Assembly: GCA_017499595.2 (NCBI GenBank)
Contig: CM038998.1
Coordinates: forward strand, 2,728,001 to 2,792,000
From: Psilocybe cubensis
Lineage: Eukaryota
DNA length: 64,000 nucleotides
Reading direction: 5' to 3'
Below, piece by piece: positions 49,510-60,091 of this stretch (its first letter is position 1; the number at the start of each line of letters is the position of its first letter). The position numbers were made by a program, and so were the translations under genes. Below the pieces are notes generated by a model. That model ran no database searches. It had not been told where the DNA came from and worked only from the letters and a program-made list of their open reading frames with translations.

Positions 49510-50289
49510 CTAGTATCCCAACTGCGTGAGCTGTTCGAAAGATGATGCCGTGTCTGCAACCGCCTTTTGGCGCAACTTGACAGCAGCCAGCTACACACTA
49601 GTCAGTCTTTACTCAAATTTCCTGGCGTCTACCTCCCGCTTACCTTGCGCTCGTGGAATGCCTGTGCCTTGATCTTTCTCTTTTCCTCAAGACGATCAAC
49701 AATGTCCTTGTATCCCCACCCAACCTCGTGCGAGAGACGCTGTCGTGTCCACAGGTGAATATCATGTTCCCTCGAGGGTCTTTGCTTGCCTTACGGCTGG
49801 CTTACCTTGACGGTGCAGTATTTGCGGCCGGGCTTCAGCCTCAATACTCGCAGAGCTTCGGGGACCACCATCCTCTTCTTCTTGTCGTATGGTGGGGGGA
49901 CTCCCTCGAACAGCTTGAGGCGCTCGAGGGCAGCGGCACCGCGGGCGCTCTTGTGTGGGGTCATGCCCCGGATCGCCCGGTAGAGGATCTTGGAGGGTGC
50001 GCGGTGATGGAATGGACCGGACTTTTTGGGGTTCACAATGTGGCGCTTGTGGAGGAAGTTGTGGTAGCGGAGCTATTGCATCTCAAAGTTCAGCTGTATA
50101 TATCTTTGTTGTATCATATAGGCCGCATACCTTGTTACGGAAGAAGCTACCGGAAATGTTGATTTCCTCACACCTCACCACCACAATTTTCTGACCAGAG
50201 AGGATCTGCTTGGAGATGATTGAGGCCAATCGACCAAGGAGGTGGCCCTTGCCATCAATAACGATGGGTGTCGACGAAAAGGTGGCCAT
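49510..50289 (-). CDS. RPL16: 60S ribosomal protein L16 (uL13/L13a)
   Basis: [49 protein letters not shown], ...QLGY*. Confidence 0.97.
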
Positions 50290-50298
50290 TGTCGTGAT

Positions 50299-50421
50299 CT
50301 ACGCGTCCAAAGGGATTAGTTTTTTCGCGCAAACTCGCTTGCAGATTCTGTACGGACCTGTGGGGCAGAAAAAAGGGTATAATTTAGCGTTTGTTAATGA
50401 GCCCAGCCAGACGTTTCGTAC
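50299..50421 (-). other. Two abutting 5'-UTR introns of RPL16 (50421-50358 and 50357-50299)
   Basis: CAAG|GTACGA...GCTAAAT...CCCACAG|GTCCGT...ACTAAT...CGTAG|ATCACGACAATG on the minus strand. Confidence 0.65.
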
Positions 50422-50843
50422 CTTGAGGAGTTGAACGTTTACGCCGACTTGGGGAACCAATGTGGCTTAACAGGCCTCAAACCTTATCTGTCTACTGCAC
50501 AGTTCATTTCGGCTATTTCCGATATCCACTTTCTGAACCTCTACCGGTCTCCCTCTGCCAAAATTCTCCCCTCTGAAGCTTTTTTTTATTCAGTTTTATT
50601 TTTCTCTTGCTCTTTCCAGTGTTTTGAATGGTTACAATGAATGTCCTGGATTATAATCGAAATTACAGACCAAGTGCATATTTATTTGCACTCCGCGCCA
50701 GTGTATGTCTATTTATAACGATATTATATATTTATAAATGCCGGATATTCGGACAGTGCCGGGTTGACTTAGCAATTGGTCACGGTTGGCGAGTGGATTT
50801 TGGAGTTGCAACTCAACTTGACTTCAAGTAGCTTGTATTCATA

Positions 50844-51445
50844 ATGTCGCTCGCTCGTCTCATTCCAAGGGCTACCACCGTCTCTCGCATTGTCCGAACT
50901 GCCCCAACTCTCCAAACCAGATGGGTGCCCCGCGCCATGTACTCTGCTGGCGGTCCCTTGTCCAAGGACGTCATCACATCCCGCGTTCTCGAGACATTGA
51001 AGGGATACGAGAAAATTGACCCGGCCAAGGTGCGCGTCTTCGCCAATGTTTCTGCTGGTGCTCTATATTCACTGGACGCGTTTAGTTGACCACGTCCGCA
51101 TCTTTCCACAAAGACTTGGGGCTCGACAGCTTGGATGCAGTGGAAGTGATGATGGCAGTTGAAGAGGTATGTGTGGACGTGTTTCTCTTCATTGGACACT
51201 GCACGTTAAACACTAAACCCACTTAGGAGTTCTCAATCGAGATCCCTGACGCTGAGGCTGACGAAATTACAACGGTCCAACAAGGTACGTGTGGCTACAC
51301 GTTGGGGACTTCACGGCAATTCCCAATTAACCTGCTCCTTAGCCATCGACTATATCGCAAAATCTCCTGACGGTAAGGGCCCTCTTTTGATTCCACATTC
51401 TGCTTTAGGCTAACCGCTTGTCTTTTCCGCGTTGCAGCTCACTAA
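50844..51445 (+). CDS. ACP1: Mitochondrial acyl carrier protein
   Basis: Arg-rich presequence; DLGLDSLDAVEVMMAVEE|EFSIEIPDAEAD. Confidence 0.95.
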
Positions 51446-51842
51446 ATGTTAGAGAAGAATCGCTTGCCGCTCGGAATAACCCGTACTGTACATTGCTTCC
51501 ACCAATCCCGATTCTCTTTAATAGCTATTCTGGAGTCTCTTGACTTGAGAGATGATCGATGTGACGCGGTACGATCAATAGAGATGTTACCTTTTTGCTT
51601 TTCTTTCAATTTGGAAGCTCTCGACAGAGTTCCGTCAAATCATCTGCTTTAGCGGTCGCATGAGTCCTCTGCTTTCCACCTCATAGTTCGGCGACTTCCG
51701 ATGCAGGAGCTACCCCATCTCGGTCATATAACCAGATGCTGGGTCTTCTCTCAATGGCCTTGTCTACCTATAAGAAGACCAGTGGCACAAGTAGTTTGAA
51801 ACCCACTAATTGGACACAAAGACACTCCCTGCTATACTAATC

Positions 51843-53163
51843 ATGTCAGGCAAACGAGAAATAATTGTTGAACGTCCCTGGCTCAAAGTCGGTTGCACCC
51901 TAGGAGAGGGTGCGCGTTGGGCCAGTATTCTTATACATTAACTCATACCTAATAGGTCCGCTGTATGATCCATCAACCTCGCTTTTGCATTTTGTCGATA
52001 TTTCGGAGAAGAAGGTAATCGTCACCCTTTACGGCCACCCTTTGATCCCCACTCATCGTCCGAGATGCCAGGTTTTTCACGTTGATGTGCACACTAATGA
52101 GGTTACATTTGAAAAATATGACGAAGCTGTGAGCTGTTTAGTCCTACGACGCTACGCAGAAGGAGTACGTGGTATATCTCTGGCACACGCTCGAGCTCAA
52201 CGTCTGCCTTCAATTAGTTGGCGTGTGCAGCTGCACAAGGCTTTGCATTGTTAAAGGAAGATTCAACTATTTCTTACCTCCATAAACCTTTACCTTCCGA
52301 ACATACGCCGTTTACGCGGTTCAATGACGGTGCCTGCGACAGTAAAGGTCGCTTCTTCGCCGGAACTCTTTATAACCCAGCAAAGGGTATACCCGGGCAG
52401 CTTTTCAGGTTTGATCCTACGACAAACACCTGTAAAATTGTAGATGAAGGTCCATTTACGGCACGTTTGCTTCTTGAAGCTTGTTTTAGCGTTTCTGATG
52501 TCATTTTTATCATAGGATTCCAACGGTCTAGGCTGGAGCACCAATGAGAAAACTTTGTGAGCGCCTGTTCTTTTTTGTCTCAACTCCAGAAAAATGACTT
52601 GCGCCTATTTAGTTATTTCACTGATTCGTTGGTCAACAAGATATACGCCTATGACTACAATGACGGGGAACTGAGCAACAGACGAGTTTTTGTGGACGCC
52701 ATAGAAAAGGGATTTGCCGAAAAGACGTACTGTGACGGTCTTTGTGTCGACAAAGCTGGAGGCGTTTGGAGTGCACGGTAAGATTCATACATTGATTGAA
52801 CTGGGCACAATCGCTCACTCCAAGTGTTCAAGATGGGGAGGGTCTCGTATTGTACGGTTCGACGAAGAAGGAAGTATCGACTTCCAGATAATGTTCCCCA
52901 CTGCCTTGAATGTTACCTCTTGCTGCTTCGGAGGTGGGTACACGTGTTGTTGTCACTGGCTCTTGAGGTCCACCATACTATTTGAACATAAACTTCTATA
53001 TATAGGGCCCAATAACGATACCATGTTCGTCACGACTGCTCACTGCGGAGCCATAGGAGGAGATGCAACTCGTCAACAAAACTACCCTGATTCAGGACAC
53101 ATTTTTCAAGTGGATTTAGCAGGGTTGTTTGAAGGCGTAGAGAGAGGCCAGTTCGCGGGATAA
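51843..53163 (+). CDS. SMP-30/gluconolactonase/regucalcin family protein
   Basis: LGEGPLYD, RFNDGACDSKGRFFAG, SNGLGWS, DGLCVDKAGGVW, TSCCFGG. Confidence 0.93.
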
Positions 53164-53425
53164 TTAAAAGGAGCGATTGTGAACGTTTTGATATTTCTGG
53201 AATATCGTATACATCGTCGCTTGTTGTTTGTTTGAATCATGTGTGTAGTGATGAGTGCGTAGGTCGGGCGAAAAGTGAGGTAGATGTTGAAGAAGCGACG
53301 CAGACAACATTGCCGGTCAAGTGTGATTACGTAACGTAATATTTTGGCGGACAGGCCGGTTCAGACCCATTTCCTTCAGGACTTCCGTCCATCTCCTACC
53401 TCACTAATTCTCGCGACGGGTCATT

Positions 53426-54443
53426 ATGAAGCATGGAGTCGCTTTCCGAAAGTTCTCGAGAACTTCATCACATAGAATGCTCATGTTGCGGTTAGCCATT
53501 ACAGTCACCATTTGTATTGACGAACTTGCCACTAACATACAAATTGGCCATAGAAATCTAGTCACTTCATTGTTTGAGCATGAACAAATCAAGACTACTT
53601 TGCCCAAAGCTCGTGATACAGCCAGACTAGCTGAGAAGGTCTTTATGAATCATGCGCCTGGTTTCCCAACGTTCTCATAAACTGTACAGATCATCACCAT
53701 GGGCAAAAAGGGCGACAATGGCGCGCGCAATCGTGCCTCCGCCTTCTTGCTTAAACCTACAGTACTGACGAAGCTTTTTTCTACGTTTGCTCAACGATAC
53801 GCGGAGCGACCAGGTGGATACACGCGAATACATAAGTTTGGTAACCGACAAGGAGACAATGCCCCACATGCTATTCTGGAACTCGTCGACAATCCACGGG
53901 ACTTGAAATGGGAAATGACTTCGAGAGCCGTCGGGTGGGAACTGTTAAAGGACAAACTGCGTACTTCCAGCCCCGATCAACTCTTGAACGAGGGAGGGGA
54001 TAAAGCTCTGCAAGTTCTTCGATCAGAACGCAATATGAGCGTTGAAGAGAAAGGTGTACTGCGATCGACGACCAGGTGGAACGTACAAAAGATTCTCCGC
54101 TACAGAGATCAAAATGCAATTACCGAGTTGAGCAAAAAAGCGTCGAACTACGCGGTAACTTTGCTTCGTTTGAAAGTTGTGACGCTTGCTGACTCGGAAG
54201 ACACAGGATGAATTGCTTGCTACTCCTTTGGCCTACAAATCCGTTCATGAAGATTTGAAGGAACACAATCGTTTTGCACCTCCACCGCGCCGTCGTGCTG
54301 GCGACAGACGTATTGGCGAAGAGCGACCCGCACTCGTCGTAGCACGCGGCGCTCTCGCGCCAGGTTTCAAAACACGAACAAAATCACCTGTATACACCAT
54401 GGAAAATGCTCTGACAGAAGGGTTCAAACAAGAACGTGCTTAG
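53426..54443 (+). CDS. MRPL8: Mitochondrial ribosomal protein bL17m
   Basis: [41 protein letters not shown]...[20 protein letters not shown]. Confidence 0.92.
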
Positions 54444-55011
54444 TGACCTCCATAGCTTCCACTTTACTCTCAACTACACACTGTTCCTGTTCCTGTAACA
54501 GATGAGGGACTTGTAGTTGACCGATGTAATACAGTATTATTTTACCACTTTAATCCGACCTCGTTTATTTATTCTCTGATGTTAACTGGTTTTCGATATA
54601 TAGTACCTGTTTTCAACCAAGCTCTTCAAAGATTTCGACAAAATGCAAACAAAATGATAGAATATTGTCGAACAGGGTCCTTGACCCTAAGCGTTACATT
54701 TGCTCCTTATCGCCGAAGTCCGGGTAGAAGGAAGCTCGCGACTTTTTCGAAGGCGTGCCGGCTTTTCTTGAAAATGACCTTATGACTTGGTGTCCTCCCA
54801 AGTCAGTTGAAGCAGATACGAACTACCCCATAAATTAATGGTATCATTGATTATCATAAGAATATTTTACAAGTATAGTAATTAGGTTGACACTTCTTCG
54901 AAGTTTTGCGTCCCTAACCCTGCACACTGGACGGGTTGGTGAGTGAAATGGGCCAGACTTTGGAAGGATGACCAACCATGAGAGAGAAAAATGACGATCT
55001 AATTGCCAACC

Positions 55012-55439
55012 CTAGGCCTCGTTCCATATGCTAAATCGATGGTCCCTCCACAAGCGATCTACTCTTACGCCGCTCACAGCTGACGAAACCGACGATGTCA
55101 AAGAGTCAGACGTTGGGCTTCCCGTAAATAGTTGGGAGATGGAACAGGTTATATCCTTCCAAGACTTTGCCCTGGGATAGAATAGAAGCATCAGCCCCAT
55201 CCATTGTCGTGCATTGGACGATAGGTTACTCACGTCACATTGGCCACTTTGGTGCGAAATTTGACTGCATATTGGTAAGAGGATCCCGATTCGAGGATGA
55301 GGGTAAGACTCTCTGTAGGATGGAGCAAAACAACGCGGCCGGTTTGTCTGTCATAGTCTCTCAGAAGTTGGATGGAGACTGGATCATGCATGTCATTGGT
55401 GAGATCGAGAAAAATGTCGTAGTTTTCGAGAGCTGGCAT
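55012..55439 (-). CDS. Uncharacterised small protein, paralogue A
   Basis: Two exons, MPALENYDIFLDLTND...KVANVT|AKSWKDITC...WNEA*, GTGAGT...CCAG intron; similar to 58722-59124. Confidence 0.8.
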
Positions 55440-56131
55440 GGTTGATTTGGGAACTGTAAATTGAACAAACTGGTAGAAACGGAATGCTAGCGTCACGGAC
55501 GCTGCTGAGAAGAAATTGGAGAAAGATATAAAAATACAATTCAGTGTAGGAGAAGAAGGAGGGAAGAACCAGATTCTGCACGTCCTACGACGCGTATTTA
55601 AACACCAAAGTGGATGGGCTCAATAACCGAGGATACAATAATGTAGAGCAAGATCCTGAGGACGACCGTCGGCTACCAGTTGACAATAAAATCAGCGATA
55701 CAAATGCAGGCCGGTTGTGGGCAGATAACAGCAGTAGTAGACACAAGTGCGAATGCCACGTTCAGTACTTTATTGTCTTAGCTGAGTGAGAAGATGATCT
55801 CTGTCACAGGGGCCACCAGGGTGGATCACGGCAAAGATCCAAGGGAATTGAGAAGAGTCGACACGCAAAAACAACGAGGCTGCGTGTATTCTCTCCAGCC
55901 AGAATGCAAGGACTAGAATCTGGGGAAATATGTGGCCATCCTAGGAACTGCTTGCCTCATGTACAACTTCTGTTATTCAACGCGGTCCGACCACCATCGT
56001 ATTTTCAATCCTATCACATGGTCCTCTCATTAGTAAAAATATTCAAAATCTGGCTAATATACATCAAGTGTCCCAAGTCTTCCTATCCTATAAATATGTT
56101 CGCAAAACAAACAGTCGTTACTCTGTCATCA

Positions 56132-57343
56132 TCAGTTCGGCAGTCGTGGGGTTTTTCGCTTGAAGGAGCCTTCCGCTGTCAAATGCATCAGTATCCGAGA
56201 GTTTTGGCATAGCAATTGACAAACCAGCGCCCCTGGTCTGCCCAGAGCTCATAACGTACCAGGATGAGGCTGGGCTTGCATAGGCCGTTCGATGTAATGG
56301 TCATCTGGAGACCCGTAGTAATTATTCGTTGGAGTCGGAACGGCTTCTTGAGTGTAAACATTTGTAGGGTAGGCTGGCTCCTGCTTCTGCGGATACCCAC
56401 TATATCCATAGTTGACAGTTGAAAATCCATCTTTGGGTTCTCGGTACTCTTCGCGCAAGACGTCAGAGGCACTGACAGAGCTTTGATTTCTTATGTGCGT
56501 ATAGTTTTTGTCCTGGCGTCCATAGTTGTATTCACCAGAGGGTCGAGAATCCCATGGATCGTTTTGTTCGCCGAGTGGAATGTTTTCAGCTGATGTAAGT
56601 GGCTGAGCTGGGTCGTAAACCTGATCATAACGGTCATGATCACGGCGCTGGGACGTCCCATACGAAGACAGAACGATGAAAAAGTAAATCTTGATCAAAA
56701 GAAATGAGTTTCAATAGGATGACTGCCGCATTAGATCACATACATGAACCAATGCAAGGAAAATGAGCAATCCTCCCATGATGCCAACGTCTACCCAAGG
56801 AAATATGGTGCAAAGTGTATCCCCTTCGCTCGAGACATTGGTTTGTGCATTTGCGGGAGGGAAGAAGTCCTTGATACATTGAGCTTTCGCTGTGCTATGT
56901 CTTGTTGCTGACATTATTGTCCAAGCAGCGCCAACAGAAAAGGCAGCAGTAATAGCAATCCCATGAAGGGTAACGTATCGCCGATAGACAGTAGGCTTTT
57001 CCTGTAATTTTTCATTGGCGCTAATGGGATAGGCAAAAATTCATAATACATACCCGAGAAACTCCCAAGATCCCAAGCAATTGCACGCCAGCGGCAATGT
57101 AGCAAAGTATAGCAAGAACCCATTTTGCAAACGAGGGATTAGAGGCGCCAACGACTGAGATTCGATGTCAGTCATTATGAAAACCACACAATGATGCCCG
57201 TCCCGCTCACTGGATGGAGTTGAGATGGCGACAGTCCCAACCACGATGGCAAGTACCATCTGTTCTATTAGAACAGCGTATATTCCTGCATTTACCATAG
57301 GAATGGCACAACAGCAATATTCTCGAGATTTAGAGGTCTTCAT
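56132..57343 (-). CDS. Hypothetical four-TM membrane protein with N-terminal CCC motif and Tyr/Pro-rich tail
   Basis: MKTSKSREYCCCAIP, four hydrophobic segments, a Cys pair in the large loop, last exon AEGSFKRKTPRLPN*. Confidence 0.82.
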
Positions 57344-57421
57344 GGTTGAATGAAGAAAGAAGTCTTACGGTTTACAGTCGCCGTCACTGTAACCGCAATG
57401 AAATGAAAGGGGCGGTGTCTG

Positions 57422-57442
57422 TTACGTCAGATGTCACGTGAT
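57422..57442. promoter_or_regulatory. CRE-like TTACGTCA and E-box GTCACGTGAT in a 165 bp divergent promoter
   Basis: Motifs at 57422-57429 and 57433-57442, between ATGs at 57343 (-) and 57509 (+). Confidence 0.4.
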
Positions 57443-57508
57443 GTGCAATCTGACTCCAAGGTCTCTGTTGGGGAAGCTAAGGTGGGATTCAACTTCCTCG
57501 TCACAACC

Positions 57509-58265
57509 ATGCGCCTATTCTTCCTTAGCGTAGCATCCCTAAGTATTGTTCCCCTTTCCCTGGCACTTGTAGCAGCAGACCAACAACCACTTCAAGCTGT
57601 GGGAGGTCCAGTTCATACGACTGACAGCTGGAGCTGGAAGAATTGCGGTGCGTCCTCAAGCGCTTATCATGCCTCTACTGCAGGCTTCTGATATACAAAC
57701 AGGATTGGAAACCGACCCAGTTCAAATTCATTCCATCTCTGTCTCTCCGGACCCTCCAGAACCCGGCAAAGACTTGACCGTTACCGTCAATGCCGAAGTT
57801 GTGGAAGAAATAGTGGTTCGTGGTTACTTGATAAGAGCGAGGTTCATTAAATAGCTGATACAACTTATTAGGAGGGTGCTTATGCCGATGTTACTGTGAA
57901 ACTCGGGCTGGTGAAGCTGTTGAGGAAGCAGTTTGATGTTTGCGAGGAGGCGTGCGTCATTTGTTGTTTCCGTTAATTCCTTTTAAGTGTGCCTTACTCT
58001 TTTATTTAGCCGCAATGCCAACGCGACTATTCAGTGTCCTGTGAAAACAGGGCCTTATACTGTTGTGCAAACAGTCGCTTTGCCCAAGGAGATACCCAAA
58101 GGTCAGCTAGTTCTCTTCTACCGTTAGCAAGAGTAACATTATTAATCTTGGTATAAAACAGCCAAGTTCAACGTCGACGTTCTTGGTTTTACTGCTGCAG
58201 ATGAGGATATGCTTTGCGTTAAACTGACAGTAGATTTTCTGAAGAGATTCCCTCGTCTGTGGTAG
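57509..58265 (+). CDS. NPC2: ML-domain lipid/sterol-binding protein (NPC2 / PG-PI transfer protein)
   Basis: Signal peptide; WKNC, ISVSPDPPEPGKDLTV, GAYADVTVKLGLVKLLRKQFDVC, IQCPV, LPKEIP. Confidence 0.9.
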
Positions 58266-58721
58266 CTGTACCACTTCGATGGTAATCTTCTCCTTATGTA
58301 CTATGGACTTCAGTCTTTCTGACGACAGATGACGACATGACTGTTCCCGCGGTTACCCATTTCTTGCAATATCCTTCATCCAATGAATAACATTTAGTTC
58401 GATTAATTTGAGTCGGGGCGTGGTTATTTTAATAAGTCCAAACCCTTTCCCACTTATCCAGAATCGACCGTGACCTCTTTGGGCTGGTGGAAACATATCT
58501 ATCAAAAGACAAACAACGCACTGGTCGGGCAGGGTTATTTCCGGAGTTTGTCATGAGGTACAATAAGCATATTTACCGGATTTGAAAGAACAATAAGGTA
58601 GGGATAGTTAGAAGTCCCATAGCCAGCTGTGTGGTGGGTATTCGCAGTTGAAGTGGTAATTTTAAAGCTCTGCATATAACACGGTTCGGCGACGTTTGCT
58701 CTGCTCTGACCTTTGACTATA

Positions 58722-59124
58722 ATGCCGACCTGCACACTCCCTTTTGAGATTTTGCTCGAATTTGTGAACGATACAGAAGAGTCCTCCACGCTGCACCTGA
58801 CTCGCGGGGGTGACGACACCTTTTCAGCCAATGCCACAATATTGCTTCAACCATCAGAGAGCATTTCTTTGGTCCTGAATGCAGGGTCTATATATCAGTA
58901 TATATTAAAGCAAAAGAACCGAAAGGGACATGTTTCGTGAGTGGCCGGTGGTTGGTGTTAAATATCATGAAGTAATCATGCTTTGTTGTTTCTGCAGAGT
59001 GAGAGTGTGGAAAGACGTCCGAATCACGGCTACAGATGTTTTTGTCAGGAAGACATACAATCTATCGCCCGGAATGCCTGCCCTGCCGTCGCAAGGCATC
59101 ACTGTTGTGTGCCAGACCGGCTGA
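58722..59124 (+). CDS. Uncharacterised small protein, paralogue B
   Basis: Two exons, MPTCTLPFEILLEFVND...KGHVS|VRVWKDVRIT...QTG*; same intron position and phase as paralogue A. Confidence 0.8.
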
Positions 59125-60091
59125 AATCACATACTCGGCACAAGAACAGAATAGATAATAGGCAAGATTGATGGGTGCTCAAAGGTATAGTAGTCTGTCA
59201 CTCACCTTCAAATTGGCTTTTGTTCATATGCGCAACAGGTCAAAAAATATTTGAAGTTCGAGGGCGAGAAACGGGTTTGTGGAACGTGCAATCGAAATAA
59301 ACATCAAGTCTTCGTACATAAATTTGATAACTTTGGAGAGCAATGAAAGCCAGACCCGACCGATTGGAGGACCTCCCTGAACCTCCTTTCTTGGTAGTTT
59401 ATAGACGTTGGAACGATTGTTTATTCCTTGGCAGCTTTCGATTCAAATCGTACAACCAATAAAGATAGCAAACTTACTTGAAAAAGGTTATACATATCAG
59501 TTGGTCCTATAGTATCTTATTGTACGCGAAATCTAATCAAATCATAAGGCTTAAATATATGCAAATGCTTCTGAGTTAGATGACTATCGTTAGCGGTGGC
59601 TTGAGTGTGTTGTGCACTCAAGCGTCATCCAAAAGAATAAAGATAAAATCGCATCTGAGTGTTTGATAAAACGATTGCCATCTTTTTGTGTCAAACCTAG
59701 AAAGCGAATTATGGACCCAATTGCTCAGTTTTATTGAAAATCATTGAGAGTCCACTCACTTGAATTGTCAACCAGCAAAATGTCAGAAACTTACCTGGTA
59801 ATAGTCATAAGCCCAGATTTTGAGGGATCTTGATACTTTAAAACTATTCAAACTTCCAAGCGTTAACACTCTTTTTAAATTTGATGAGATGGATTATGGC
59901 CGAAGAACTTGCCTGTGTATGTACTGCTATAAAGCAAGGGCGTTGACATCAGAAAATTCATCATAACCCCAGAGGCGGCTTTCCGGGCCGAAGGCCTATT
60001 TTCAAAGTCACTTTTCAAACGAACTTGGCAATACTCTCAACGCAAACCCACAACTGGCAAATTTCTCGCTTCATTGACTTGAAGCCTAAAC

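Noticed and set aside
49740-50421. Intron-hosted snoRNAs in RPL16
   Set aside because: Introns are only ~55-66 nt and lack convincing paired C/D or H/ACA boxes.
59125-60090. ~1 kb gene-free AT-rich interval as possible ncRNA or TE relic
   Set aside because: No tRNA, snoRNA, repeat or ORF signature that I could support.
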